From positions 1,530,001-1,562,000 of the forward strand of contig NZ_CP007754.1 of NCBI RefSeq assembly GCF_000757865.1: a stretch of 32,000 nt of DNA, written 5' to 3'. Position numbers and translations under genes: made by a program. The stretch is from Prochlorococcus sp. MIT 0801 (GTDB lineage: Bacteria > Cyanobacteriota > Cyanobacteriia > PCC-6307 > Cyanobiaceae). The notes under the pieces were generated by a model. That model saw nothing but the letters and a program-made list of their open reading frames with translations. It was not told the DNA's origin and ran no database searches. Shown here one piece after another: positions 13,326 to 24,818 of this stretch. How positions within the stretch are numbered: position 1 is the first letter of the stretch; each line of letters opens with the position of its first letter.

Positions 13326-13389
13326 GAGAACTAACTTAGTGGAAAAATAAAAGTAAAAGATCCCTACTCTTTAAAAAAATCTTTAGAGG

Positions 13390-14382
13390 ATGAGCCAAGA
13401 TATTCTGCTTTTAACTGCTCTTGTTGCAGTTATTATAATGGGTTCTGCAATGTGCTCAGGGATAGAAGCAGCATTGTTAGCAGTTAACCCATTACGCGTG
13501 CATGAGCTCGCCAGGAGAAAGCCCAAAATACTTGGAGCTAGAAGATTAGAAAAATTACGCCACAGAATTGGGAGGACTTTAACTGTAGTAACAATTGCAA
13601 ATAACAGTTTCAATATTTTTGGAAGTTTGATGGTGGGTAGCTACGCAACTTACATATTTCAAGATCGAATCGGAAATGTAAAGCCCATATTTTTTGTTGG
13701 CCTAACTATTCTTGTTTTACTTCTTGGAGAAATTGTTCCCAAAGCTCTCGGCACAAGACTTGCATTACAAATCAGTTTAACAAGCGCTCCTGTCCTTGAT
13801 TTCTTAAGTATAGTTATGCGTCCATTGCTAATAATTCTTGAACGTCTACTACCAATTATCACTGCCAAGAGCGAGCTAACAACAGACGAAGAAGAGATAA
13901 GACAGATGGCTAGACTTGGATCTCAAATAGGTCAAATAGAAGCTGATGAGGCTGCAATGATATCCAAAGTTTTCCAACTTAATGATCTGACTGCTAAAGA
14001 TTTGATGACTCCACGAGTTGCGGCTCCCACACTTCCAGGAAGAGTTTCTTTGCAATCTGTTAAATCAAACTTGTTAGAAAATAATGCAACATGGTGGGTA
14101 GTATTAGGAGAAGAAGTAGACAAGGTTGTTGGGGTTGCTAATCGTGAAAAGTTATTAGCCTCTTTACTTCAAGGAGACTCTCATTTAACTCCTTATGATC
14201 TAAGCGAGAATGTAGAGTTTGTACCTGAAATGATTCGAGTAGATAGACTACTGCTTGGTTTTAATGAAGATAAAAATGGAGTCAGGGTTGTAGTTGATGA
14301 GTTTGGTGGCTTTGTTGGTTTAATAGGAGCAGAAGCTGTCTTAGCAGTTTTAGCTGGTTGGTGGAGGAAATCAAATAAATGA
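13390..14382 (+). CDS. DUF21 (CNNM-type) transmembrane domain plus CBS-pair protein, without a CorC/HlyC C-terminal domain
   Basis: The hydrophobic N-terminal half has GIEAALLAVNPLRV and LLLGEIVPKALG. The C-terminal half has a CBS-like section (TAKDLMTPR..., VVVDEFGGFVGLI). Confidence 0.8.
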   Translation: MSQDILLLTALVAVIIMGSAMCSGIEAALLAVNPLRVHELARRKPKILGARRLEKLRHRIGRTLTVVTIANNSFNIFGSLMVGSYATYIFQDRIGNVKPIFFVGLTILVLLLGEIVPKALGTRLALQISLTSAPVLDFLSIVMRPLLIILERLLPIITAKSELTTDEEEIRQMARLGSQIGQIEADEAAMISKVFQLNDLTAKDLMTPRVAAPTLPGRVSLQSVKSNLLENNATWWVVLGEEVDKVVGVANREKLLASLLQGDSHLTPYDLSENVEFVPEMIRVDRLLLGFNEDKNGVRVVVDEFGGFVGLIGAEAVLAVLAGWWRKSNK

Positions 14383-15701
14383 TGAACCAAAGAGATATAA
14401 CTAAAAAATGCAAGATTTTAGTTGGTCAATGGAAAGAAAAGTTAAATCTCACGAATTACGAGAAAACAAAATTTGAAGACACTTTAAATCAACTTGATTT
14501 TCAAATAAATAAATTAGAAAAAAAAGTACTACAGATATCAGTGCATGGTCGAGTAGGTGTTGGCAAATCAAGCTTATTAAATGCATTAATTGAAAAGCAT
14601 ATATTTCCAACTGATATAATTAACGGTAATACAAAAACCAGTAAATGTTATAAATGGGGCAAGAGCTTTAAAGGCTTAAATAAAGTTGAGCTAATAGACT
14701 CTCCAGGCACAGATGAAATAAATAATTCTAATAATGAAGAAATAAATTTTAATTATGTCTTAGATTCAGATTTGATTCTTTATGTAATTGATAGTGATAT
14801 AACGAGAGTCGATTTGAACTCCATTGAGGATCTGTTAAGGAATAACAAACCTCTGCTAATAGTCTTAAATCGTTGTGATCAATGGAATATAAGAGAAACA
14901 AAATTAATACTCTCAAGTGTTCACAGAAAATTATCCTTTTGCAAACAAAAGGTTAAGATTGCTTTAGTATCGTCATCCCCAAGGGAAGCAAAAATAAAAC
15001 CGGACGGAACAGTTAGAAGTGAACAAACAACGCCTAAAGTTGATATCCTCAAAAACGAACTTAAAGATATTATCGACAAAAGTGGGGAATTTTTTCTTTG
15101 TATAAATACTTTAAGAATTGCAGACCAATTCTACAAATTACTTAAGGAGAATCGACTACTGAAAAAGAAAAAAGAAGCGCAATCTTTAATCGGCAGATAT
15201 GCAACTTTAAAAGCCTCAGGGGTAGCAGTTAATCCCTTCTTAATGATTGACCTTATTACCGGTCTAGCTTTTGATAGTTCTCTTATTATTCAACTAAGTA
15301 AATTATATGGGTTAGAAGTAGGTGGTCCCACCGCCAGACAACTAGTAAAAAAGCTTAGTCTCCAAAATTCATTACTAGGGGGAGCACAGATAGGAATACA
15401 AATTACTTTAAATATTTTCAAGCATATTCTGATCCTTGCGGCACCTCTTACTGGAGGATTAAGCCTTGCGCCAACTGCTCCTATAGCCTTAGCTCAAGCA
15501 GCTCTTGCTATCTATACGACAAAACTTATAGGTCGTCTCGCCGCTTATAAATTTCTAATGGGGACAAATAGAAATGATGGAAGGCCTCGATTAATGTTGA
15601 ACTATCTTCTCAAAAACAACTCAGACTTAAGAATAATGCTTGGTGACTTTAAATTTCTTACATCAAGTACGGAAAAAAATAAAAATTATTTGTTGCCATG
15701 A
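14379..15701 (+). CDS. Membrane-anchored GTPase: N-terminal P-loop GTPase fused to a C-terminal DUF697 (YcjF-like) domain
   Basis: GTPase motifs are G1 GRVGVGKSSLLNAL, G3 DSPGTDE and a G4-like NRCD. The C-terminus has hydrophobic segments (AVNPFLMIDLITGLAFDSSLIIQLSKLYG...). Its start overlaps the upstream stop (ATGA at 14379-14382). Confidence 0.75.
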   Translation: MMNQRDITKKCKILVGQWKEKLNLTNYEKTKFEDTLNQLDFQINKLEKKVLQISVHGRVGVGKSSLLNALIEKHIFPTDIINGNTKTSKCYKWGKSFKGLNKVELIDSPGTDEINNSNNEEINFNYVLDSDLILYVIDSDITRVDLNSIEDLLRNNKPLLIVLNRCDQWNIRETKLILSSVHRKLSFCKQKVKIALVSSSPREAKIKPDGTVRSEQTTPKVDILKNELKDIIDKSGEFFLCINTLRIADQFYKLLKENRLLKKKKEAQSLIGRYATLKASGVAVNPFLMIDLITGLAFDSSLIIQLSKLYGLEVGGPTARQLVKKLSLQNSLLGGAQIGIQITLNIFKHILILAAPLTGGLSLAPTAPIALAQAALAIYTTKLIGRLAAYKFLMGTNRNDGRPRLMLNYLLKNNSDLRIMLGDFKFLTSSTEKNKNYLLP

Positions 15702-16282
15702 AAGCAAAAATTAATTCAATAGCTTTATTTGGGACAAGTGCTGATCCACCCACTCTAGGTCACGAGGCCTTATTGGGTGAATTAATAAAAATCTTCCCAA
15801 AAGTTATAACCTGGGCAAGTGATAACCCTGATAAAAAGCATCAAATTCCACTTTTGAAAAGGACCCAGCTTTTAAGAATTCTGGTAAAAAAAATCTCACA
15901 TCCTAAATTAGAGCTAGTTCAAGAATTGAGTAGCCCTAGGACAATTCATACTCTAAAAAAAGCTTTCCAACTATGGCCTGAAGCAAGTTTTAGTTTTGTA
16001 ATTGGCAGTGATTTAGCTGTTCAAGTTCCAAAGTGGCTTAATGCCAAGTCTATTCTCAATAAAGCAACAATAGCGATTGCGATGAGGGATGGATGGCCAA
16101 TTAGAGATAATCAATTAGAAGAGATTAAAAATCTTGGAGGTGAAATTGATCTATTGCCTTTTAATATACCTGAATCATCAAGTTCAAAATTTAGAGAGAG
16201 ACCTCAAGAAGTTCTTGTCCCTAAAGAGCTTGTCCCCTTACTACTTGAAGAGAATCTATACGGAATAGCAGATAACACATAA
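15698..16282 (+). CDS. nadD: Nicotinate-nucleotide adenylyltransferase
   Basis: LFGTSADPPTLGHEAL carries the (T/H)xGH motif, and there is a C-terminal SSSKFR motif. It overlaps the upstream gene by ATGA. Confidence 0.85.
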   Translation: MKAKINSIALFGTSADPPTLGHEALLGELIKIFPKVITWASDNPDKKHQIPLLKRTQLLRILVKKISHPKLELVQELSSPRTIHTLKKAFQLWPEASFSFVIGSDLAVQVPKWLNAKSILNKATIAIAMRDGWPIRDNQLEEIKNLGGEIDLLPFNIPESSSSKFRERPQEVLVPKELVPLLLEENLYGIADNT

Positions 16283-17982
16283 TGAAATTAGCATTAGCCC
16301 AACTCAATCCAATCATTGGAGATCTCGAGGGTAATGCCGAGAATATATTTGAAGTGTGCAAAGAGATCAAAGACAAGGAGGTGGATCTAGTCATAACACC
16401 TGAGCTTTCTTTGATCGGCTACCCCCCAAAAGACTTATTATTTAACCCACTGCTTTATAAAGACGAAAAAGATGTCCTAAACAAATTAAGCGAAAGAATA
16501 AGTAAGCTTAGTCAAAACTTTTCTATATTAATTGGTATCGCAGAACCAACTCCAGACATAGAAGTTCCTAAACTCTATAATTCAGTTGTTATTTTGGAAA
16601 AGGGTACTTGGAGAATCGTAGCGAGGAAGCAACTCCTTCCCACGTACGATGTGTTTGATGAAAAACGTTATTTTCGTTCGGCAGAGAAAAGTAGTGTTTT
16701 AAATTTTAATTACCAAGAAAAACTTTGGAAGATAGGAATAACTATTTGTGAAGATTTATGGGTTGAGCAAAATCTTCAAAAGGAAAAGATCCTCGGAGAA
16801 GATCCTATAAGATCCCTAGAAAAAGAAAAATTAGATTTACTTATAAATCTCTCAGCTTCTCCATTTATTGAATCAAAAAATTTATTACGCCAACGAATAG
16901 CGGCCAAAGCAGCTATTCGTCTTTCATGTCCGGTGGTCTATGTCAATCAAGTGGGAGGGAATGATGAGCTAATCTTTGACGGTTCTAGTTTTGCTCTTAA
17001 TAAAAAAGGCAAATTACAATACGAACTTCCTGCCTTCAAAGAGTCAGTTGGTCTTTTTGATATATCTTCTCTTACACAACAACCTTCGATATCTAGTAAA
17101 TATCCAGTTTCACAAGAAGTTCTTTTCAGAGCTTTAGTACTTGGAGTTAAAGATTATGCAAGAAAATGTAATTTCAATAGTGCCATTGTTGGATTAAGTG
17201 GTGGTATCGACTCAGCTCTAGTAGCCCTTATTGCAGTAGCAGCTTTAGGCAACTCTAAAGTTCATGCAATTTTAATGCCATCTCCATGGAGTTCACTAGG
17301 ATCTATAAAAGATGCCACGACATTAGCTAATCGACTTGGAATAAATCATCAAAAGATTCCTATCTCTAATGTAATGAATAGTTTTAACGATGTTTTATCG
17401 AATACAACATGCGGGATACCAACCGATATCACAGCTGAAAATCTACAATCTCGTATTAGGGGCACAATATTGATGGCTCTAGCAAATCAAAAAAATCATT
17501 TACTTCTTTCTACAGGAAATAAATCAGAACTGGCCGTAGGATATTGCACCCTCTATGGAGATATGAATGGAGGCTTATCTGTAATTGGAGATCTTTATAA
17601 AACAAGCGTATTTGATTTATGTAATTGGATAGATAGTGAGTCGTCATCCAGTTGTAGAAATGATTTCTTTCTACCTAAAACCAGAGAAATCATAGGTTCT
17701 GAAATAAGAAATAAGCCTCCCAGTGCTGAATTAAGCCCAGAACAATTAGATAGCGACTCTTTGCCAGATTATTCTATTCTTGATCCAATACTTAAAGGAT
17801 TGATTGAACAGCACTTGCCAACAAAAGTTTTAATAGAAAAAGGATTTGATGAAAAGATTGTCCATAAAGTCGCCAATTTGTTAAAGAACGCCGAATTCAA
17901 ACGTTATCAAGCACCTCCTTTATTGAAAATAAGCAATCAAGCTTTTGGAAGTGGGTGGAAAAAACCAATAGCTTCAAGATAA
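16282..17982 (+). CDS. nadE: Glutamine-dependent NAD+ synthetase
   Basis: 566 aa with an N-terminal CN-hydrolase domain (KLALAQLNP..GD, ICEDLW) and a C-terminal NAD synthetase domain (VGLSGGIDSALVA, LSTGNKSELAVGY). It joins nadD at a TAATG junction. Confidence 0.93.
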   Translation: MKLALAQLNPIIGDLEGNAENIFEVCKEIKDKEVDLVITPELSLIGYPPKDLLFNPLLYKDEKDVLNKLSERISKLSQNFSILIGIAEPTPDIEVPKLYNSVVILEKGTWRIVARKQLLPTYDVFDEKRYFRSAEKSSVLNFNYQEKLWKIGITICEDLWVEQNLQKEKILGEDPIRSLEKEKLDLLINLSASPFIESKNLLRQRIAAKAAIRLSCPVVYVNQVGGNDELIFDGSSFALNKKGKLQYELPAFKESVGLFDISSLTQQPSISSKYPVSQEVLFRALVLGVKDYARKCNFNSAIVGLSGGIDSALVALIAVAALGNSKVHAILMPSPWSSLGSIKDATTLANRLGINHQKIPISNVMNSFNDVLSNTTCGIPTDITAENLQSRIRGTILMALANQKNHLLLSTGNKSELAVGYCTLYGDMNGGLSVIGDLYKTSVFDLCNWIDSESSSSCRNDFFLPKTREIIGSEIRNKPPSAELSPEQLDSDSLPDYSILDPILKGLIEQHLPTKVLIEKGFDEKIVHKVANLLKNAEFKRYQAPPLLKISNQAFGSGWKKPIASR

Positions 17983-17997
17983 GTCCTTAAAATTACT

Positions 17998-19110
17998 TTA
18001 TTCGTCATTCATTTCCTTCAAGCAATCAATTGGTCTTCGCAGAGACTTAATATTAATCCCATGACGTAAAGCTGTTATTAGTCCTGCAGCCTCTACATAA
18101 TTCTCAGCATACAAAATATTTTTATGTTTATCACCACTTACGGAATCTAGCCTCATCTTTGTGGAATTAACATTTAATACTCCCTGATTAGAAACTATTA
18201 TCAAAGGAATAAATCTTTCGATGCAAGACAAAACCGCTTCGCCACCTAATGCGCCCTGTGGAACAACAACTGCTCCTAAATCCCTATTACTTAATAAAGT
18301 TTTCAACTGTAAAAAAGTATTTTCTTTGGTTTTCATAGATGACTTACAAATCAGATCGGGTGCACGACTAAGACCAACTAAAACACTTTGCAAAAATGTA
18401 TATCCTATCTCCTCTCCCGAGGTTCGAGGATCAAGATCATAATCAATTGGCAAGGGGGGCAACCCCGGTGCATGTGCACATGGAATCAATAAATGTTTTA
18501 CAAGAAGATGACTTATTACAGCTTCGACCCCCGCAATAATATCAACACCTTTACCTTGTCGATAAAGTTTAGTTTCTAGTTCCTCGCTATCATCAGGGAA
18601 GCGAGTTATCACAGCAATTGCTGTTGCACCAGCTTTCTTAAGTTTTTCAGCTCCTCTCAAAAGGACATCTGGTTCTTCGATATTTCCCCAACTTGAACCA
18701 CTTAAACCTTTTTTCAGATTAATTCGGACAGCTCTTTCAGTAGTAATCACAGGGCCAATATCTAACCCCAAGCTTGCCACACAGCCATCAGCAACTTGTA
18801 AATGTCTTTTCTTTAAATCAGACTCTAAGCCAGCATCTAATAATAAACCTACTTTTTGTTGCCTTACTGGTTTTAAAAATACTTCTCCAGCGGCAAAAAG
18901 ATTTAAACTATATCCTTCTACATAGTGGATACAAGTATCTGACCAATATAAAGATCCACCATTCAGAACATTAGGATGAGTTATTAAACAGTCACTAGCA
19001 GAAGCCAATAATCTTGCAGCAGGGATTGCATCCCCTGCATATCCACCGACATTGCAACCAATTCCAGCAGGTATAATCATTAATGTTGGCAAAGGTCCAG
19101 CGTTAGTCAT
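17998..19110 (-). CDS. Conserved protein of unknown function (DUF3326-like)
   Basis: 370 aa with N-terminal IPAGIGCNVGGYAGDAIPAARLLA..DCLITHPNVLNGG. The ORF is long and clean. The family name is from memory and no function is known. Confidence 0.6.
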   Translation of the reverse strand: MTNAGPLPTLMIIPAGIGCNVGGYAGDAIPAARLLASASDCLITHPNVLNGGSLYWSDTCIHYVEGYSLNLFAAGEVFLKPVRQQKVGLLLDAGLESDLKKRHLQVADGCVASLGLDIGPVITTERAVRINLKKGLSGSSWGNIEEPDVLLRGAEKLKKAGATAIAVITRFPDDSEELETKLYRQGKGVDIIAGVEAVISHLLVKHLLIPCAHAPGLPPLPIDYDLDPRTSGEEIGYTFLQSVLVGLSRAPDLICKSSMKTKENTFLQLKTLLSNRDLGAVVVPQGALGGEAVLSCIERFIPLIIVSNQGVLNVNSTKMRLDSVSGDKHKNILYAENYVEAAGLITALRHGINIKSLRRPIDCLKEMNDE

Positions 19111-19340
19111 TAAATATTCAATTCAGGAATAATAGGTTTACCCTTATCTTGATAAATAATCAACACAACTTCGACCGATATTATCTTGATTTTTTTTTCA
19201 GGATGATTAGTAATGGAAGTAATGGCCCACCTAAGTGGTTCACCATACTCCATTAACTTAAATAAAATATATTTTTTCAAGTCAAACAAACTTACTTCAG
19301 AAGGCCAATCAAGGTCCAATTCTGTAAATTCAAGATTCAC
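19110..19340 (-). CDS. Small hypothetical protein (76 aa)
   Basis: GTG start. Its stop overlaps the ATG of the downstream DUF3326-like gene by 1 nt. It lies 53 nt downstream of atpG. I recognise no motif. Confidence 0.45.
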   Translation of the reverse strand: MNLEFTELDLDWPSEVSLFDLKKYILFKLMEYGEPLRWAITSITNHPEKKIKIISVEVVLIIYQDKGKPIIPELNI

Positions 19341-19393
19341 TTTATTTATTACTTATACATTGACAATTCGTAAAGACAGGGATAGATAAGCAA

Positions 19394-20344
19394 CTATGCT
19401 GCTGCTCCACCGACAACTTCTAAAATTTCTTGCGTAATTGCCGCTTGTCTAGCCTTGTTATAATCAACCGTAAGATTTTTAGCCAATTCCTTAGCATTAT
19501 CACTAGCGTTATTCATTGCAGTCATTCTGCTCGCCAATTCTGAAGCAGCAGACTCTTGTAATGCTCGTAATAATTGATTCTGTAAATAAAGAGGTAAAAG
19601 AGCATTCAAAAGCTGATCGGGACTTTGTTCAAAAACAATATCCGATGGTAGTTTCGGCTCTTCATTAGAAGGAGCAGCATCTTTCTCAATAATTAGTTGA
19701 CTATCTTTTGTAGTTAATCTAAAAATTTCGTCTTCTGAATCTGCTATTCCTTGAGGATCTAGAGGCAGAAGAGTTTGAATTGTTGGATTACAACTAACCA
19801 AACTTACAAACTTAGTAAAAATGACTTCTACTCTGTCAGTACTTTCAGAGAGAAATTCTGCTAATACTTCACTAGTTATGGATGCAGCATCCTCAGAAGT
19901 CGGGACTTGCTCTAATTCTTTAAAAGTAGCTCTTATATTGTAAAGACTAGATCTATTCTCGAAATATCCTATTGCTTTCTTGCCAATTAAAACTAGATCG
20001 GGACTATATCCTTGTCCTTTTAATTCGGCATAGCGCTTCTCTGTTCGTTTGATTATATTTGCATTGTACCCCCCACATAATCCTCTGTCCCCAGTGACAG
20101 CCAGGAGAGTAATTGTCTTAACTTCACGCTTATTTAACAGAGGAGAGTCAGCTGCTTCAAACTGCATTCTTGATTGAATATTTTCTAAAACCCTTGCCAA
20201 TCTGTCAGCAAAAGGTCTGCTCCTTAAGACCTGATCCTGTGCTCTGCGAACTTTCGCAGCAGCAACAAGTCTCATTGCTTCTGTGATTTTCCTTGTGTTT
20301 TTGACAGATACAATTCTGTCTCTTATGTCTTTTAGGTTAGCCAT
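19394..20344 (-). CDS. atpG: F1 ATP synthase gamma subunit
   Basis: 316 aa with [29 protein letters not shown] and C-terminal [12 protein letters not shown]. Chloroplast-style nomenclature calls this gene atpC. Confidence 0.95.
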   Translation of the reverse strand: MANLKDIRDRIVSVKNTRKITEAMRLVAAAKVRRAQDQVLRSRPFADRLARVLENIQSRMQFEAADSPLLNKREVKTITLLAVTGDRGLCGGYNANIIKRTEKRYAELKGQGYSPDLVLIGKKAIGYFENRSSLYNIRATFKELEQVPTSEDAASITSEVLAEFLSESTDRVEVIFTKFVSLVSCNPTIQTLLPLDPQGIADSEDEIFRLTTKDSQLIIEKDAAPSNEEPKLPSDIVFEQSPDQLLNALLPLYLQNQLLRALQESAASELASRMTAMNNASDNAKELAKNLTVDYNKARQAAITQEILEVVGGAAA

Positions 20345-20374
20345 AGGTAATTCTCTCTTAGATAGCCTTTGTGT

Positions 20375-21898
<1,524 letters not shown>

Positions 21899-21906
21899 TT
21901 AAAGTT

Positions 21907-21940
21907 GGGGAAGAAGAAAAAGAGGAAGAAGGGGAGAAAG
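21907..21940 (+). other. 34-nt uninterrupted homopurine tract, which is a CU-only tract on the atp mRNA strand
   Basis: Read directly: ggggaagaagaaaaagaggaagaaggggagaaag. It lies between the atpH stop (21952) and the atpA start (21889). Confidence 0.9.
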
Positions 21941-21951
21941 TCAGGAGAGAA

Positions 21952-22500
21952 TTAGCTGACTTTGGCCAAAGCAAGACCAAGTCTTCTGACTTGCCCTGCG
22001 ATGCTGGCATCAATGACCTTTGATCCAACATTGACCACAAAGCCACCAAGTAATTCGGAGTCGACTTTGAGATCGATTTCCAAATTATCTGTACCAGCTA
22101 TAGATTGTACTTTCTTGAGTAGCTCAGATTGTTGATCTTCATTTAGCGCTGAAGCAGAAGTAATAGTTGCTAGAGCAATATTTCTTTGTTCTCGATAGAT
22201 TTCTAATAATCTTTCAAGAACAGAATTCAACAATCCTATTCTTTGTCGATCTGCCAAAAGTTTTAAAAGATTTAAGAAAGATGGAGTGACTTGACTAGAG
22301 AAAAGCTTTTCTAAAGCGGCTTTCTTTTGATTAACCTCTAAAACTGGTGATGACATCGCATCACTAAATTCAGGGCAAGAATTCCAAAGTTCTAAAATAG
22401 ACTTAGCTTGTGTAACTACTTCATCCACCTCGTTGCGGCTCTCTGCTACTTGAAGGAACGCTTCAGCATATGGAGTAGTTATTGTATTAAGTAGTGGCAT
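21952..22500 (-). CDS. atpH: F1 ATP synthase delta subunit
   Basis: 182 aa with OSCP-like sequence (PYAEAFLQVA..., GGFVVNVGSKVIDASI). Its start overlaps the atpF stop (TAATG). Chloroplast-style nomenclature calls this gene atpD. Confidence 0.9.
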   Translation of the reverse strand: MPLLNTITTPYAEAFLQVAESRNEVDEVVTQAKSILELWNSCPEFSDAMSSPVLEVNQKKAALEKLFSSQVTPSFLNLLKLLADRQRIGLLNSVLERLLEIYREQRNIALATITSASALNEDQQSELLKKVQSIAGTDNLEIDLKVDSELLGGFVVNVGSKVIDASIAGQVRRLGLALAKVS

Positions 22501-23012
22501 TAGTTGTCTCCAATATTTTTAATTGACTGTTTAAGAAAATTATCTTGAGTATTTGAATCTAACTTTTTAGGAAGCGTTGCTAATGCTTTTTCAATAGCAA
22601 GTTCTGCAGCCTCTTTTCTTAATTGGGCAGTCACCCTTGCAGCTTCAGCACTTAAGTCAGAAGCAGCTCCTTGTTTAATTCTTGCCATTTCTTCAACAGT
22701 TCTTTTTTCACTCTCAAGACGAATTGCTTCTGCTCTAACTTTGCAATCATTTCTGATTTTGTCAGCTTTTTGCTTAGCTGATGAAAGATCATCTTTTGCT
22801 TGTGAAAGAGAATCTTGTGCTTGTGCTAAACGCTCTTCTGCTTCTTTCAAGTCAGAAAGAATTGTAGTTCTTCTCTTTTCAAGGATTTTTCCTAAAAAGC
22901 CTGGTAAGAACTTGTAGAGGCCAAAGACAACAACGGCTAAGTTGATGATGTTGGTCTCAAAAATATTTAAATTAAGGCCAAAGCCTTCGGAAGCGAAAAT
23001 TAAAGGAGTCAT
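22500..23012 (-). CDS. atpF: F0 ATP synthase subunit b
   Basis: 170 aa with one N-terminal transmembrane helix followed by a long charged coiled region. It overlaps the upstream gene by ATGA. Confidence 0.9.
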   Translation of the reverse strand: MTPLIFASEGFGLNLNIFETNIINLAVVVFGLYKFLPGFLGKILEKRRTTILSDLKEAEERLAQAQDSLSQAKDDLSSAKQKADKIRNDCKVRAEAIRLESEKRTVEEMARIKQGAASDLSAEAARVTAQLRKEAAELAIEKALATLPKKLDSNTQDNFLKQSIKNIGDN

Positions 23013-23470
23013 TTTTTTGCCAAGAGTCTTTCAATAATCAAATCACCAAGATTGTCAGCCTCGCTTTTGAGTTGATTAAGAGCTTCATCTCTTTGAGAAT
23101 CAATCTCACGCCTAGCTTTCTCTCTCGATGCATTTGCCTCTGAAGTAGCAAGAGCAAGTGCTTCTTTATAAAGATTCTCAGAGTCCTGCTCTGCCTCAAG
23201 AATCACCTTCTGTGCTTCAAGACGAGCCTCTTTGAGCTGATCTTTGAGTTCAGTCTCAAGTAGTTCAACCTCAGCGATTTTTTTCTTTGCTTCTGCCCTA
23301 CTTTTATTTACATAATTCTCTCTTTCTTCAACTACCCGTCCAACAGGTTTGAAGAAAAGAGCATTTAGTATGAAAGTAAGCAATACAACCTGAACCGCCA
23401 TAAGCGGAAGAGTTGCATCGAAATCAAACAGACCTCCCTCAGAGGCACCAAACAAAAACAAAGTTGGCAT
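23009..23470 (-). CDS. atpF2: F0 ATP synthase subunit b'
   Basis: 153 aa with [22 protein letters not shown], then a charged helix. It occupies the position between the c and b subunits typical of cyanobacteria. Confidence 0.85.
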   Translation of the reverse strand: MPTLFLFGASEGGLFDFDATLPLMAVQVVLLTFILNALFFKPVGRVVEERENYVNKSRAEAKKKIAEVELLETELKDQLKEARLEAQKVILEAEQDSENLYKEALALATSEANASREKARREIDSQRDEALNQLKSEADNLGDLIIERLLAKK

Positions 23471-23600
23471 TAGCTAGGGGTGCAAGAATTTAAACGAGCC
23501 AGATAAAGGCAATTGAAATTTGCTAAAGAATTTTCAAATATTGGGGCTGAAAGTTAATCAATTTGAATGAATTCTGCAATCAGCCCTTTTTTGAAAATAT

Positions 23601-23882
<282 letters not shown>

Positions 23883-24017
23883 TTATAAAGTTGTGATCGG
23901 GAGTTTATACCTGCGAGGGGTGCATCTCATAGTTCTTGAGATGATACTGAAAGAATTTCAGGCCTAAAAGCAGGAAATTTGCCATTAAAAAGTTAATTCA
24001 GTAGCAAAATATTTTGA

Positions 24018-24743
24018 TTAATGATGCTCTTCGACTGCTTCCCCGATGTAATAGGCAGCAAGAGTTGCAAAAATCAGAGCTTGAATAGCACTAGTAAACA
24101 AGCCTAGAAACATAACAGGAACTGGTAGAACAAGTGGTACTAAAAAGACAAGTACCGCTACAACAAGTTCATCTGCCAAAATGTTTCCAAATAAACGGAA
24201 AGAGAGAGATAGAGGCTTAGTAAAATCTTCTACAATTTTGAATGGGAGCATTATTGGCGTTGGGTGTACGTAGTACTCGAAGTAACGCAAACCTTTATTG
24301 CTCAAACCCGCATAGAAATATGAGAGAGATACCAGTAGTGCTAAAGCAACAGTTGTATTTATGTCAGCTGTAGGAGCCCCAAGTTCACCACTTGGGAGTT
24401 TGATCAGCTTCCACGGAACTAATGCCCCGCCCCAATTGCTCACAAAAATGAACAGAAAGAGGGTTCCGATGAAAGGCATCCAATCTCTATAAACCTTTTC
24501 ACCAATTTGTGTTCTTGCAAGATCACGTATGTAATCCCAAAGAAATTCCAAAAGGTTCTGAACACCCCTTGGATCACGTTCCATTTTTTTAGTCCCAATG
24601 ACCACTAAGGCAAGCAAAGCGCCTATAAGAAGCCATGAAGTCATAAAGACTTGGCCGTGAATTCTAAAATTTCCAATTTGCCAATAGAGTTGTTGACCAA
24701 CTTCTAATTCAGCGAAAGGAAAAACAAATGGCAAAAAACCCAT
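24018..24743 (-). CDS. atpB: F0 ATP synthase subunit a
   Basis: Contains [16 protein letters not shown] and a C-terminal EEHH. I prefer the ATG at 24743 ([17 protein letters not shown]), because the track ORF extends to a TTG at 24785. Confidence 0.92.
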   Translation of the reverse strand: MGFLPFVFPFAELEVGQQLYWQIGNFRIHGQVFMTSWLLIGALLALVVIGTKKMERDPRGVQNLLEFLWDYIRDLARTQIGEKVYRDWMPFIGTLFLFIFVSNWGGALVPWKLIKLPSGELGAPTADINTTVALALLVSLSYFYAGLSNKGLRYFEYYVHPTPIMLPFKIVEDFTKPLSLSFRLFGNILADELVVAVLVFLVPLVLPVPVMFLGLFTSAIQALIFATLAAYYIGEAVEEHH

Positions 24744-24818
24744 TATCTGGAAGTTTAGGTTGCGTAGAAAATAAAAGCCAAACAAACAAAACTTAAAAAT
24801 TTGATTTCTAAATAAGCC

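Noticed and set aside
13353-13367. GTA-N9-TAC near-match to an NtcA site between pepP and the DUF21-CBS gene
   Set aside because: The spacer is 9 nt rather than the required 8, and it has no flanking palindromic extension, unlike the perfect site at 29405-29420.
14379-15701. Markedly AT-richer composition of the GTPase-DUF697, Hsp70-like, ftsW and ccs1 genes as a sign of horizontal acquisition
   Set aside because: The GC-richer genes are the highly expressed ones (atp, groESL, gpmI). The contrast therefore fits expression-linked codon bias. The AT-rich genes are embedded in overlapping operons with core genes and have no flanking mobility signatures.
24744-24785. N-terminal extensions implied by the ORF track for atpB (TTG at 24785) and tlyA (TTG at 30952)
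   Set aside because: In both cases an in-frame ATG (24743 and 30886) starts exactly where the conserved protein sequence begins. The extra residues ([14 protein letters not shown] and MKKRISTSSAVFVPFPVCFCKQ) look non-conserved.
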